The notes under the pieces are model-generated. The model made no database searches and was not told where the DNA came from. It saw only the letters and a program-made list of their open reading frames with translations. Positions 11,715-30,044 of a stretch of DNA of 64,000 nt are shown here, piece after piece. The translations under genes and the position numbers were made by a program. The stretch spans positions 62,001 to 126,000 of the forward strand of contig QPMI01000559.1 of the NCBI GenBank assembly GCA_004431415.1. The letters are read 5' to 3'. Positions within the stretch are counted from its first letter, which is position 1. Each line of letters opens with the position of its first letter. Source of the DNA: Cyanophora paradoxa CCMP329 (lineage: Eukaryota; Plantae; Glaucophyta).

Positions 11715-12777
11715 ATGGATCCCGCCGTTGCCACCGCCCCTGCCGTTGAAGCCAAGGCTGCCAAGGTGAAGGCGCCGAAGGTGCCGAAGGCCCCCAAGGA
11801 GAAGGCGCCCAAGGTTCGCTTTTGTCCGGCCCCGAGTGCCTCAGCCTGCGGCCACTTAACTACACGCCGCGAGTACTCCCCTAGCACAGCTAAGGCTTCT
11901 ACTCTCTTTTCCGGCGGCGCAGAAGGATGCGAAGCCGAAGGCGGCCCCGACCCACCCTCCCTTCGCGGAGATGATCGCTGCGGGTGCGTTTTTCCGGCGG
12001 AGGCGGGGTTTTCGCATGTAATCAAAACCTTGACTCTTCCATGCAGCGATCACCTCGCTGAAGGAGCGGACGGGCTCTTCGGTCGTCGCCATTAAGCGCG
12101 CTATCCTTGCTGCCCACAAGGTTACTGACGACAACACCTTCAAGGCCCACCTGGTGCTCTACCGCCCTATGTCCCAGGCCCGCGAGCTCCTCTGAAGCCT
12201 CGCCGCAGCGCATGGCACTGCAGCGCGGTGTCAAGAACGGTGCGCTTGTGAAGGTCAAGGCGAGCTACAAGCTCTCGTCGGCGACGAAGCCGGCCGCGAA
12301 GCCGGTCGCCAAGAAGGCGGCCCCGAAGGGTTCGCTTGAGCGAGGCTTCTGCATTGCGCGCGTGCCTAATTTTCCTTCAGTCGTCACCGGCGACGCCGCG
12401 AAGGCTGTCAAGAAGGGTGCGCTTGATGACCTGGCCCAGCGGGGATGAGTCGCTTTCTGACCTTCATCGCAGCTGTTGCAAAGCCCAAGACCGCCAAGCC
12501 GAAGGCCGAGGGCGCCAAGAAGGCTGCGGCGAAGACGGCTAAGCCGAAGAAGGCTGCGGCGAAGCCCGCGGCGAAGCCTGCGGCGAAGCCGGCGGTGAAG
12601 AAGGCCGCGCCCAAGGCTGCCAAGCCAGCTGCAAAGAAGGCCGCTCCGGCGAAGCCGAAGGCAGCGAAGCCTGCGGCGAAGAAGGCCGCCGCGCCCAAGG
12701 TGAAGAAGACCATCACCAAGAAGGCGGCGCCGAAGAAGGTTGCTGTCCCCAAGGCCAAGGCCGCTGCCAAGAAGTAG
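11715..12777 (+). CDS. H1: Linker histone H1 (multi-exon)
   Basis: THPPFAEMI|AITSLKERTGSS...ALQRGVKNGALVKVKASYKL globular domain plus a Lys/Ala/Pro-rich tail. Confidence 0.95.
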
Positions 12778-13062
12778 AGTGGCTGTTGCCGCTCTATTTC
12801 TTCCCTCACGGTGTTTTAAACACCTCCCTCTCCTCTTGGTCCCGCGAAGGCCATTAAGCCAGCACACTGGAGAGCTAGAAATAATTACATGCTGCACATT
12901 ATTAAAGTACTGAAGTTTATGAATTATTTCCCGCCTACTTAGCCCCGGTTTAGCCCGAGAGTTCCAGGGTTTAGCCCCGTCTCCGCCATATGTAAGCTCT
13001 GCCGAAGTGGGAAGGCTTGTCTCAACTTTCTAGAAATTTTCCAATTTTTTTTGGCCAGTGTA

Positions 13063-13405
13063 TTTCTGCGTTACGGGCGCGCCGGACCTCCTACCTACAG
13101 CGCTTTAACTGTACCCGTGCTGTTTGGGTGAGAGCGTAACCCGCAGGGACTGGTGCCCTGATGGAAAAGGGGATGGGAGCCGAGCCTAGCTACGAGCTGA
13201 GCAGGCGCTTCGCGTCCACGCCCGTGCCGTAGCGGATGAAGATGCCCCTGCGAGAGGTCTGTGCGATTCCGATCGTAATCGCAACTCTGATTCCGACCGT
13301 AATCGCAACTCTGATTCCGATCGTAATCGCAACTCTGATTCCGATCGTAATCGCAACTCTGATTCCGATCGCAATCGCAACTCTGATTCCGATCGTAATC
13401 GCAAG
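13063..13405 (+). repeat. Repeat family B (starts TGCTCTTTCTAAGCTACGGG, up to about 220 nt) followed by a 24-bp tandem repeat CTCTGATTCCGATCGTAATCGCAA (about 5.5 copies)
   Basis: Other copies at 17965-18071(-), 18090-18197(-), 26826-27050, 29886-30040, 31461-31499(-), 33406-33480(-), 43261-43335, 50894-51090 and 54848-55064(-). Confidence 0.85.
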
Positions 13406-14213
13406 TGTATTTGTTTGGATATGTGTTGTGGTTTTCGAATTAAGCCCCCCTGTTCGAACTCAAATCTTGGGGCAGAAAAGTTTTACGACGATTGATTGTA
13501 TTCGAAAACTCTACTCTTGCACAGTTTTTGTTGCAGAATTGAATTCATGCCCAAATGCTATACTTCAATTATACAAGTGTGACTGGACAGGGGGGGGGGG
13601 GGGGGTAAACGGAGATGTTTCGTTGCGGTGAAATGACATGCATCGTAATCGCACTGTGTATAACTCCTAGTAGTTATTGTTGTGTGCTAATGCAAATCGT
13701 GGCCGACGTAGAATTGCATGCGCATTATATATAATTAGCCTTGAGGGGTCTGACGTCTTGATTGCGATTACGATTGAGCCTTGAGGGGTCTGACGTCTTT
13801 GATTGTGATTGCGATTGCGGCCCCTGCCGCCACAAGACGCGATGCAGCACCACGCCGCGCATGCGGGCACACGTAGCCATAGGTAGCCAGAGTGTCCGCG
13901 GGGAGGCGCATATGCATTACTCTCCTTAGGGGGACATGCAGGATATCCGGGCCTTCAGGGCCTTCGGCTTTTTGTCTAATACTTCCATACATGCTGTACA
14001 TACTGTTCATTCTGCGCCTCGTGAAGGAAAGCACACCGAACTTATAGATCTTAAGGTGGTGGCAGCCTTTGACTCAGATCTAGAGCTCGTGGCGGAATGT
14101 ATGTGCAGCGACTGCGCCACAGCATATTATTGTGCATTTGCGCTTCACACAGATCAGACATCATCTGCTACATGTAAAAAAAACCATACAAGATATTGGA
14201 TGCGCAGCTATAG

Positions 14214-15795
14214 CTAGACTCCATGGGACCGAAGAAAACGGCTGAGCTGTTCGTTCACTAGAAGAGTTATCTGCGTGAAAAACATTCAGGTGAGTTCTTT
14301 TCAACAGAAAACGAGGAGATGAAGCTAGCGCCTGCCTCCACCCTCTTCCATAAGACTGGGCCGCCCCCCCCTTCCCCCCGCCCCCCCCCGCCCCCCCCCC
14401 CCCCCCTTGCCCCCCGTCATACTCAACTCCCCGTCTCTCAACCCCACCTCCCCCCCCCCCCCCCCCCCCCCCCCAACAACATCAACAATCATCACCATCA
14501 CATGTGGCGCAATTCGAACATAGTAGGTCCCGAACCCCTGTGCGCACAGGCCTTAGTAATGCAAAGCAGTCTATAGCTTTTAAAGGACAAACACGACAAA
14601 GTACTTGGCACCTTGTAGAACGCTAGAGGGCCCTCGTTTACGAGCGTTTTGAATACACAGTCGACTGAGTTTTTGTAGGGAAGCAATCCATGTGCATCCG
14701 GTTTTTGTTTCTGCATGCGCGTCTGCCAACCAAAGTCAGGATGCTCCAGCTCGGATTTCGATTTTGGAGGATGGGAGGATGGGAACCTTCACAAAATCGA
14801 AGGGAAGAGAGGCCGCTGACGCGAGAAAACCCGCGGCTGCGCTCGCTGGTAGCTCCGCTTCTTTTCTCGTCCATTCCAACCGATGTTGTAGCACATCCTT
14901 GACCCGTTCATTTGATGCTAACATTGCGGCATTGAGCGCCATTGCTCGGCAGACCGTGGGGGTGCACCCCTAAGAGAGGTAAGGGCAGGCGGACGTCGGA
15001 GATACGGCGTTTCGCGCCTTCCAAAGGGCGAAGAAGCCCTCCTCTTTGATGATGCGGCCAAGCGCGTTGCCGACACCCGTGTAATTGCGGCGCTGCTCCT
15101 TGGGAAGCGTGGAGTCTGACTAAAAGAGAGTAAGGAAAAGGAAGATCAACTGAAAGAGAGCAGACCTGCATGCGAATGAGGGCGAGGTCTGCGGGAGTGC
15201 CAAAAACCGAGGCGATGCCGCCGGCCGATAGACCGAGGGTTGCCAAAACGTATGTTGGTATGTGCTGGGCTGGAAAGTATTCTTCTTGGACTTTGTCGCG
15301 AGCGCTGTTGAACAGCCCAAGGCGAGCGGTTGTGTACGTCGCCTGCCGGAGAAGGGCAGCGCCGAGGCCCCGGTAAAAAGAGAGCATGCCGTCCTCGCGA
15401 AGCACTGTGAGGACTGTGGCAACAGCCCCCGCTTTGGGGCCCTTTACGCCTTCGCCTGGGAGATTTTCACTCGACGTAAGATTTCGATTTCGATGTTTGC
15501 ACTCAAAGTAAGAAGCCTTACCTGCGAGCTGAAGCCTGACCTTGACCAAATCGACCGGCTGGAAAGAGGTCAGCGACGAGCACACGAGCGACGAGCGCGC
15601 GAGGCCAGGCTGTCCACCTGTATTATGCATGTTGCGAACATGCCGCTTGAACCGCCTAAGACCTGCGCGGTGAAGAGCAGGCCGCTCACGGACGGACGCC
15701 GAAGGCTGGGGCGGCTCGGCGCGTACATAGGGTCGTGCCGCCTTCCAGACAGCGAGGGCATTTGGGTACGCCGACGCCTCGAACTCCCGTGTCAT
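14214..15795 (-). CDS. DTC: Mitochondrial 2-oxoglutarate/malate (dicarboxylate-tricarboxylate) carrier, SLC25 family
   Basis: Three carrier signatures (PVDLVKVR, PADLALIRMQ, PFDFVKTRMQ) plus LLRQATYTTARLG and RIAPHVM. Inferred last exon ITLLVNEQLSRFLRSHGV*. Confidence 0.93.
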
Positions 15796-18313
15796 CGCGA
15801 GCTGTGGCGTCGAAGAAATTGGCACGGCGTCACTTCGGCGCGCGTCGCGTCGACGTCGACGTCGCTGCTGACAGTGATGCGGATGCTGCCTATCTGGCCC
15901 TGCAGAAAGAGCAGACTAGTACTGTGGATGTGCACAGTGTAGCCGGGCCTTTTTTTCTGGCGCCACGCCTTTTGGCGAGTCCACGAAGCGCGGGTCCTGC
16001 GGGCGATTACGTTTAATTTCCTGCTATTACTTTAAGGTCATGAAGTTAGACGTCGCTTTTGTTAGACGTTTGCCCACCAGTGGGCCACCACACTGTGACA
16101 ACGACGCCCACAAAGATTTCGATAGACGAACTTCGCGATCGGAATGACCGACGAGAATATTTACTTTTTCGAGATTGCACTGCGGCAGACCGTCGGACCC
16201 AGCCTGGCAGACACCTGTTCATCCGATCAGTTCTGACCGCGGGTAGGAGGTGGCCATGGGCAGGGCCCGCGCCGTGGCTGCGGCGGCCGGGCCCGGGTCG
16301 AAACAAAAGTCCTGTGCGAATTCCCCATGTTTTGGCCCCTAACGGGAAAGCGCTGTACAATCACGCCCATGTACGCATATATATATATATACCTTTTTCG
16401 TCAGGACCGATGAACATTGTGCCCATCGACTTCATCAAGCTCGGGCGTGCAGGGCCCATTCCTCCCCAGGGATGCGCTCGCCGCACTCCGGATCTCTGCC
16501 CCAGCTGCAGGGTGTCGCCTCAGGGCCTCTTGCAATTAATATTCCCGCACCCCGCCTCCCCGCTTGCTCGCCCCCACCCCACCATGGCACAGCAATTGCA
16601 ACGCGTCGGACGAGCTAGCTCATTGTTCGCCACGAGCTGTACGAGTGGGCGCACCGTTGGGCGCTCGCGCACAGGGCGGGCACCCCCGCCTGCCCCCCCT
16701 CACCCCTGAATTTGCTGAAAGTTTTTTCGTAACGTAGTAAAAAATGAATATCACAATCTTTGTCGACGTCGAAGCAAAACAATGCGCCCCCGCCCCCCCC
16801 TCCTGCCCCCCAGGGGCAGTTTTTCCTGTCACAGTGTCCCCGAGGGGCAGCTGCAGTGCAGCCTCGGGTCGCAGGCTATATATAGCTAGGGGGGCGGGGT
16901 TAACGTTCTAGAAAAGTTTCGCCCTGGCACCCATTCAATGATTGGCCAATAGGGTCGTCGTTCTTGCGCATGCGCGAATCGGCGAATAGGAGCACAAAGC
17001 CCCAAAGAATCTACCCCCCCCCCCCGCCCCCCCCCCCCCCTCCCTATTTAAATCAAAAGGGTCCGGTCCTCAGGGCCTTTTTAAATTTCCTTAAGTATAC
17101 CACTCTTTATATAATATAATTTATTATATTATATATACCCCGCCCCCTCGCCCCCTCGCCACTCTGTACAAGTACTAGTAGCCCCCCTTGCACCTCCGCG
17201 GCCGCGCGCGGCCCGCACTTCCCGCACTTGCACACGGCCGGGCGCGGTCAGCTAGTTATATGATAGTCCAGGAAAAGGTCCAATCCTTCGCGCAGCATTC
17301 CTATCTATCTATATATATCTTAAGCTTTGAATTCGAATTCAACCGTTGAACGCTCAGTTAACACTTACACTCATGATCAGTAAAGAGCTGGAAGCTGGAT
17401 CGGGAAGAAGAAGAAGAGTATGTATAAGACACGCCCAAGCCGGTTGTGCGGTTTAGTACTCGTCAGTATACGTATACGGACCCTCGCGATCATCGGATCG
17501 AGCTCGGCGTTGCCCTGTTCAGCTCCGTATATATTGGTAGCTCCGTTAACGTTAGTTTGCCCGGCCCGCTCTCCCATCACCCCGCTCAAGTAAAAATGCG
17601 TCGAAATGCGATTCGTCGAAATGCGATTCCGGTTCCAAAAACAGCATGCTCACGTAGTCCAGGAGCGAATAGTTGTTGCCCGACATCATCTGGGTCGCCC
17701 CCACGCGCCAGGAGAGGAGCGCGGACATCGATCGTGTGGGAGGGGAGGGGTCAACTGGGAACTAACAAGCTCAAGCCGCAGAGCTGCATGATCAAGCTCG
17801 CCGAGTCGTTAACAAGCTCGTTGAGCTCTACCTCGAGCTCGTTGAGCTCTCGCTCAAGCTCGCAGAGCTCTAACTCAAGCTCAAGGCTATCTTAAGCTTA
17901 CCGTAGTACTGCTACGTATACATCGTTCAATTGCAAGGCACCGGCACCGGCCCCAAGCACCAGTCCATCAGGGCATCAGTCCCTGCGGGTTACGCTCTCA
18001 CCCAAACAGCACGGGTACAGTTAAAGCGCTGTAGGTAGGAGGTCCCGCGCGCCCGTAGCTTAGAAAGAGCAATCCGTTGTGGCAAATTCTCCATCAGGGC
18101 ACCAGTCCCTGCGGGTTACGCTCTCACCCAAACAGCACGGGTACAGTTAAAGCGCTGTAGGTAGGAGGTCCCGCGCGCCCGTAGCTTAGAAAGAGCAATC
18201 CGTTGTGGCTTGAGCCACGAAGCTTGCAATTGACGGGCTCTGCCTTGAGCTTAGAAAGAGCTGGCCTGGGGAGGGATTGCGCCGAACTTTTGGCCGCAGG
18301 CCACCAACTTTTT

Positions 18314-18958
18314 ATGTTCATCGCGGGCCTCCCGCCGCCGGGCACACCGGCGGCAGCGCAAATAGGCGATCGATGCGCGTCGCTGCGGCGCAGCAGGCCG
18401 CTCCCGAGATGCGCCGATCGGCCCCCACGCGCGCTGCCTCACTGCTCGACGTGCGCAACGGCGATCGATCGGGCATTCTTGTCGCAACTTCTCATTCACA
18501 GTCCAGCAGGTTCTCTTTCAGAGGCCCAAGCCCGCCAGAGCGAAGCGTCTTTGTGCTCGCGGAGTGCGCGTACGCACCGGACGACGCGACGCTGAAGGCG
18601 GCGCGCAAGGCCGCCCTGGCGCTGGTTCACGTCGTGCGCATCGGCAGGCGAGGCGTGACACAGGGCGTCATCGACGCGTGCCGCGAAGCCGCGCGGGGCA
18701 GCAGAGGCGTCGTAAAAGTACGATGCGTCGGAATTGATCCGCGACAGGCCGCTTAAGCGATACAGGTGCTCGTGGATAAAGACGCACCAGTTCAGGCAGG
18801 AAATGTCAACATTGACGGCTTCTTCCGAGTCCAGGTGTGGCTCCTCTACATTAGCTTTGATCTGGCGTGCTCCAGTTTAATCTCAGGCCCGATCGCAGGT
18901 TAATGGCCGCAAGGTTGTTCTCATACAAGACGGCGTCAGCAGCGATGACCTTACATAA
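18314..18958 (+). CDS. Single CRM (CRS1/YhbY) RNA-binding domain protein, probably plastid-targeted
   Basis: VVRIGRRGVTQGVIDAC...GVVK|V and GRKVVL motifs. The MF-presequence joins in frame via intron 18451-18506. Confidence 0.7.
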
Positions 18959-19017
18959 CGGGGTTCGTGCATTCGATCGCGAAACGTGACTATGATAACC
19001 TTCAATGAGTAGGCTAC

Positions 19018-23570
<4,553 letters not shown>

Positions 23571-23599
23571 TACAACAGCATTTTAATTTGAGCTCGGCC

Positions 23600-24970
23600 C
23601 CCTGGGCTCTGCGCATGCCTGAAGGGGTCGGCAGTGTGATGCGCATCGCTTCAAATTGTATCCTTCCTTATCTCTTGGTGCTTTTGGATCCTACTTTCAC
23701 ATGCACCGCTCGATGATCTCCCTTCTTGATCTTCTTCCTGAGAATCATGTAGTTCGTCAGCGGATTAGTCAGGATCATCTCCGCGCCCTGCAGCCGTTCT
23801 GCGCAACTTCTCACGGTTGGTTCGTGTTCTCTGTGCTCTATCTCCCGTGGTCTGGCTGCGCTCTGTGTCCGCTGGCGTTCGCGCCCTTTCTCCTGGCCGT
23901 TGTGCCCATTCTCTGCCTGTCGCGGCTGTATTCTTCATCTTCGATGCAACACGTCTGAAATGCGCCCTCTGACATGCGTACGTCACGCCGTCGCCTGGCG
24001 CCTTTTCCCGCTAACCGTAGACGTGGCTGCTCATTGCTTGCTCTCCTTCAGTGAGCATTGCATTTCTGCATCTTTATGTCGTCCGGTAGCCGATCGTATC
24101 GCTAACAAGCCGACCTTTCCGCCACCATTGCTAACTGCTGCCTGCGCTTCGGCATAGCATTGTCTGCTTGCTGCGCATCGCCGCCGTCAGACGCTGTTGT
24201 AAACCTCCCTCGACTCACCTCGCTTGCTCCGCATGCCGCTGCCGGACGCTGTCGCACACCTCCTTCGACTCACCTCAGGTGTGCTCCTACTCGTGAGTCA
24301 GAGACACAGACCCAGGCCCAGTCTTCTACTGCTCCTGCTAATAAGCGCTCGCGGATTTCTGACGGTCGGACGCTGTTATACACCTTCCTCGACTCACCTT
24401 GCTTGCTCCGCATGCCGCTGTCGGACGCTGTCGCATACCTCCCTCGACTCACCTCAGCTCTGCTGCTCGTGAGGAGATTATTTGTTTCCATTCCCTTCAG
24501 CGAGCCTTTGCCACTGCTCAGCAGATTACTCGTGAATCCGTTGCACAGGCTCAGGCCCAGTCTTCTGAACCTGCTAATAAGCGCACTCATCTTTCTGATC
24601 CTGAGTTTAATGGCTCTTCTGTTGGTATGGCAGATGCTGCTTTTCATGAGTAATCCTGCTTGACACTTGAGCTTGTGTCCTTCCTTTGCCCGGGGCAAAC
24701 CCTGATACCCTCGGGCCGCCCGACAGGGAGCGGGCCGTCACGGGGATTCAGGCTCTTCCTATGTGGCGCCGTCGGGTGTCCACATAGGTTGGCTTTTCAT
24801 TCTGCTGGCGCCCTGGGGGTGGTGGCCCAGGGTCCTGTACGTGGCTTCCACTCACTCCCCACGCTAGTGGGTCCCTGACGGGCCTTGCACGTCCCATTCG
24901 GGGCCTCTGCGGCTTTGTCATACCCAGTCTTGCTGGCGTGGATGTGTCTACTGCATTTCTCTCTCTCTCT
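23600..24970 (+). mobile_element. Degenerate LINE-like 3' fragment ending in (CT)n, with internal short duplications
   Basis: Pyrimidine-rich strand. LLDLLP motif resembles the 40650 and 44647 copies. (CT)n tail at 24958-24970. Confidence 0.5.
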
Positions 24971-25779
24971 TGAAGAGTATGTATAAGACACGCCCAAGCC
25001 GGTTGTGCGGTTTTGACGAAAGGCGAAGGACCCGAAGGCCCGAAGCACAATCGAAGAGAAGCCAGGTGCACACCCAGTCTTCTTTACGGGCGGATATGCT
25101 CGAGGCGCCAGCCCACCCAGCCCAGCCGCTGAGCCGGGGCAGTACGTACCCCCACAAGCCCCTGACTTAGGGACGGTGCTTGCAAGGAAGCAGCTTGCGT
25201 TCAAGGTGCACTTTCAAAGTTTCGGGTGTTTAAGATAAGCTTGTCAAGGTGGCAAGGTGCTCAAGGCAAGGCGCAAGCTGCTGCCATACAAAATTTTTGT
25301 ATGGGATCCGGAGCGGCATGCATATGGTAGCCCCCCCCGCGCCGGCGGCATATTGGTGGAAAACAGCTTTCGAAAAGCCAATTGCGATATTTATGACGTT
25401 GACCCAAGTTGCAGATTGAGGTTTGGATGCAGTGTGGATGTCTAGCACGTCATAGCACGTCACGACATAAAGGCTTTACGTCATAGCACGATTTGTATGG
25501 GGAAACTTTTGTATGGGCGGATCTTAAGCTTAGCTTGTCATGATCAAGGTGGCGAGGCGCTCAAGGTTAGCTTGTCAAGGTGAGGGGGGGTACCAAGCCA
25601 CGTCCCTACCCTGACTCCCTGTCCCTGACATCGCCCGTTCGACACCGCCACACTGCCAAAGGGCCTGGGTGCAGCTTCGAATCAATTCAGCCGGCCGTAG
25701 ACGGCATAGCTAAACGCTCAGATTTGTGCGCGATCCACTGCTCCTCGACCGGCTTGTGCAGCGAAACACGCGCACTGCA

Positions 25780-26575
25780 ATGGCGTCAAAAGAACCGACC
25801 ACCTCGGGGACGATCTTCAAGAAGTGCGTTCCTCTGCTTGCGCCCGGCACGCAGCGCGTGGGCTAACGCGTAGATGCAGGTTTGGGAAAGACGAAATCTC
25901 CACGCAGAACCTGGTGAAGTCCTCTGTGCAGCGGGGCATACGCAGCTCCATTCTGGCGCAAATGCCTGCGATCGAGCCGATCATAGATGACATCCTGCCG
26001 AAGAAGAGCGACCTTGTCATCGCAAAATGGTGCGGAGGCGCGCAGGACCGCTCGATATTCCGAAATCATGGACACGCCTCGGCAGTGAAGGCCACATCAG
26101 TCTCGTCTGCATCGACAAAGAGCCCCTTTTCTTCCAGGAGCGCGATGGTCCATTCTTCCCAACGCTGCGTCTCTTGCACAAATGTGAGCGTCATTTTTTG
26201 CAGGTTGAACGTCGATTTGATTGACAGCCATCTCTGCAGATCCCTTCATCCTGCCACACATGCAGTGCGACAAGGGGGCGATCAAGTTTGTCATTGGCGG
26301 GGCGAACGTGATGTGCCCTGGGCTGACCTCGAAGGGGGCCAAGATGGCTGAAGTCCCGGGGAACTCGGCTGTCGCCGTGATGGCGGAGGGCAAGCAGCAT
26401 GCGATGGCAGTTGGTCTGACACGTTGGTCCTCTGAAGAAATGTGCGGTTCTTTTTTGAGATTTCCCCCCCATGCAAGAATGATTCCAGAGCAGACGAAAG
26501 ACGAACAAGGATATTGGAGTGTTCAACATGCATTACCTGGGTGATGGGTTGTGGAAGAACCCTCGCTTGGATTAG
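25780..26575 (+). CDS. MCTS1: MCT-1/Tma20 PUA-domain translation reinitiation factor
   Basis: IFKK|F..., [39 protein letters not shown] and HYLGDGLW. Confidence 0.95.
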
Positions 26576-28107
26576 TACTTCAACTTCCCGGACTCCCGGG
26601 CCCCGGGGCCGGCTCGAGCCAAGCCTAGCCAGCCCGAAAATCGGCTCCGAGGCTCGAGCCGCTAGCAAGCAGGCTTGCCTCGCGATCGAGTCCTCGACTG
26701 CCTGCTCGAGCCGAGGCTCCCCCACAAGCCCCTGACTCCCTGTCCCTGTAATCTATATTACAGATGATGACTTCTCTGACGCTGCTTCCGATTCTAGCTA
26801 TAGTCTATGGATGCACTACTCGACTTGCTCTTTCTACGCTACGGGCGCGCGGGACCACTCCTAGACCGTCAACGCTTTAACTATACCCGTGCTGTTCGGG
26901 GTGAGAGCGTAACCCGCAGGGACTGGTGCCCTGATGGAAAAAAGGGGATGGGAGCCGAGCCTAGCTACGTATACGAGCTGAGCAGGCGCTTCGCGTCCAC
27001 GCCCGTGCCGTAGCGGATCAGGATGCCCCTGCGAGAGGTCTGTGCGATCAGTACGATTACGATTGTGAATCGTAATCACAACCCTGATTGCGATCGTAAT
27101 CGCAACTCTAGATCTAATTCTGATCGTAATCGCAACTCTAATTCTGCTTTTTCTCTATATCGCTTCAAATTGAAGAATTAAGAAATTATTGAGGCATTTA
27201 CGGAGAACAGTGGTTTCGGGCTTTGGCTCCCCTTTCTCAATAGGACTGATCGCTTGCTGAAGCCATTATGGCCCCCTCCTGCTGACCCGTTCTTTGCCAT
27301 CTTCGAAGCCTGGCGGACTATTTTCGATGTCAGAAGGCCTCCCGGAGAGTCCTCCCACACTGGGTTCTCCGGGTCGGCGGGTGGCGAACTGAGTGGCTCA
27401 GTTCGGGACAAAGCACCTCCCCACTGACACTGTAGCTAGCTACAGGCCCGCACAGCAGGTGCGTTTTCCCTTGGAGCTGATCGTAATCGTAATTCTCTGG
27501 GTCTCGTCTTTGATTTTTTTTTCGTTTCTTGTTTTGATGAGCTCGGGCTGGGCAGCTGCTCGAGGATCAGCAGCTTGCCAGACCGCGTCATCGTCAGAAA
27601 ATGGGAGCTGTTCGGCGAAGAAATCAACTGTAGCGAACGGGCGCTATGAGTGCAACGAAAGAGCCATGGCAAATCGAAAGTGTAGCACCGTCCTCGCCCT
27701 CCCAGCGCCGCCCGATCGCAATCGTAATCGTACTGATCGGCGGCGCCGAACCCTTCATCGCCCTGACACGAATCTCAGTCGCGCGCGACTCGACTTGCTC
27801 GGGAGCTGCTCGAGGCTGCACTGCAGCTGCAGGGTGGGCGGGTGGGCGGGTTCGGGCGTGTATGTTTATCAGGGTGGAAGAGGGGGGGGGGGGGGGGGAA
27901 GATTTAGGGTAGGGGATGGGTTGCTCAGGGGTTTTTTTCACCCACGCCAGCGTTCAGCCGCGCCAGCGCTGCCGGTAGCGTTATCGGCATCGCAATCGCT
28001 AGCACTTGCACGCAGTGACGCGGCAGTACTGTATTGCTTTTTCAATTTGATCCGCCAAGAGGTGCCGCTGACGAGTGAGACGGCGCCCACAAATAGTAGG
28101 AATCAGG

Positions 28108-28507
28108 ATGTCTAAACGCGCACTTGACTGGGCTTTTCGGTGCGCCGCGCTCGTTTTGACGCCGACCCCGTTCCGCGCGTGCTCATGACGTCGTCCGTGT
28201 CGTCGGTAGCGCGACGACGACGGGTGCGCTTCCATCCATTCTCGGCCACGCGCAATGTACCAAACACCCGCGCAGTGCTCTTCGGTGTGACGGTTGTCGG
28301 CCTGTTCCAGTTCGGTGCGCTGGCGCCCCCCGCAGAGCGCGCCCCCGATTCTGACCTTGGACCGCAGCTGGCGTTTCGTACTCAATTTTGACGAAAGAAA
28401 GACCTGCCGTGCCGCCCGCCGGAGCCTCGGAATCTGCAGCCCCGCAGGCATGCGCCGGAGCCGCAAGCAGATCTTTGGCGCTTCCGCTGACGCTCTCTCA
28501 GAAGTAA
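28108..28507 (+). CDS. Small single-TM protein, COX14-like, with a 14-nt microexon
   Basis: Exons 28108-28139, 28210-28223, 28276-28314 and 28368 onward give MSKRALDWAFRATTTVLFGVTVVGLFQFAGVSYSILTKERP. Confidence 0.55.
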
Positions 28508-28733
28508 ACCGTGCCATCGCGGACGCGCCACTCTCCATGCGTCACCGCACCCGTAGCCTAGAAAGAGCAGCCGAAGAACGTGCACTCAAAGCTGTCCCTG
28601 AGGGGAAGCCTGGGCTTGCTTGAGGCCTGAGTTCACGTAAAGTCTACGTCCGGGCTTAACTTCGTCGTAGGCAAATCGAAATCGTCCTGCATGGTTGGCA
28701 TAAAGTGCGGCGGGTTTTTAGGCCTTGGTTGGA

Positions 28734-29753
28734 CGCATTTGGACACGTACTGAAACGCAGGTCCGGGCTACAAGTGTGGGAATGTACACTGCGGCCGCCG
28801 CGGCCGCGGGCCCAGCCCACCGAGCCCACGCTCGGCCAGCCGGGCCCTGCGTGGCCCCCTAAGGAGAGTAATGCGCCTCCCCACGGACACTCTGGCTAGC
28901 TAGAGCTGGACGTCTTTGATTTCGGTTGCGATTGGGGGTTGGGCGATGGAGCTCAGGTTGGACGTCATTGATTTCGGATACGATTAGGGGTTGTTTTACA
29001 AATTAAATAGGGATTGGGTGACCGAGCGAAGGTTGGACGTCTTTGATTGCATGCGATTACGATTAGGCCGGGTTGGGCGACGGAGCTAATTTTATAAGCT
29101 TTTAAGGTTAACGTTAACGTTGGATGTCTTTGATTTCGATAACGATAAGGGGTTGGGCGACACAGCGCTAGCTATGGTACCGGTTGTACGTTGGAAGCCA
29201 TCATAGTATATATATATATATTATTGCCTCACGGCTTTATGCCGTCAAGAGCCCGCACTCCGAGTCGCGTTACTCGCATGCGCAGTGCTTGGCCTTAGTC
29301 TACGCAGCGCTCGCATTGAGTGCGGCGATTGGACCCCCACTACTTTTCATGTACCCCTCTCGGGCTCACACCCCAGGTGACACACTTGTACCCTGCGACT
29401 GTGCTTGCTCCTAGAATACCAGTTCCGCTCGCTCTCGCTGCCAGCCTGCCGAAGCTGCACAGCACGCATGGTCACGCCTAGCAGCACCGTAAACTAGGCT
29501 CTTCTGAATATATATAGCATATAGCGCCAGCTAGCGCTAGCTAGAGTGTCCGCGGGAAGGCGAATTAATCGAAATACTCTCCTTAGGGGGCCGGGGGGGG
29601 GGGGGGGGGGGGGCATGACCAGCTTGCTGGCCATGGTGGGCTGGGCGCCAGCCGGGCCAGCGGCTGCGGCGGCCGGAGTGTACATTCCCACACTTGCAAT
29701 ATTAATTGTTGCATGTCGCCCAGACTTGCGGTTTGAATTCGTGTCCAAATGCT
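28734..29753. mobile_element. Two-ended long-TIR MITE (about 1 kb) with internal GACGTCTTTGATT/GATTACG repeats
   Basis: Left end CGCATTTGGACAC and right end GTGTCCAAATGCT. GA flanks both ends. Confidence 0.7.
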
Positions 29754-30044
29754 GAGACTCAGCTGTTACTAAGACCTCGTAAAAAAAAGAAAGAATCCTA
29801 TAGCTCACCGACTAGTACTGGACCCATCTTGGAACTCATCAACGAAATGATGTCCAACTCATTCACCGACTGTCCAAACCAATGATGCTCTTTCTAAGCT
29901 ACGGGCGCGCCGGACCTCCTACCTACAGCGCTTTAACTGTACCCGTGCTGTTCGGGGTGAGAGCGTAACCCGCAGGGACTGGTGCCCTGATGGAGAAAAG
30001 GGGATGGGAGCCGAGCCTAGCTACGAGCTGAGCAGGCGCTAAAA

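Noticed and set aside
10536-13559. Single MITE-bounded element capturing histone H1 (AT flanks both ends)
   Set aside because: The right end at about 13540-13559 is short and degenerate, and a 2-bp match is expected 1 time in 16.
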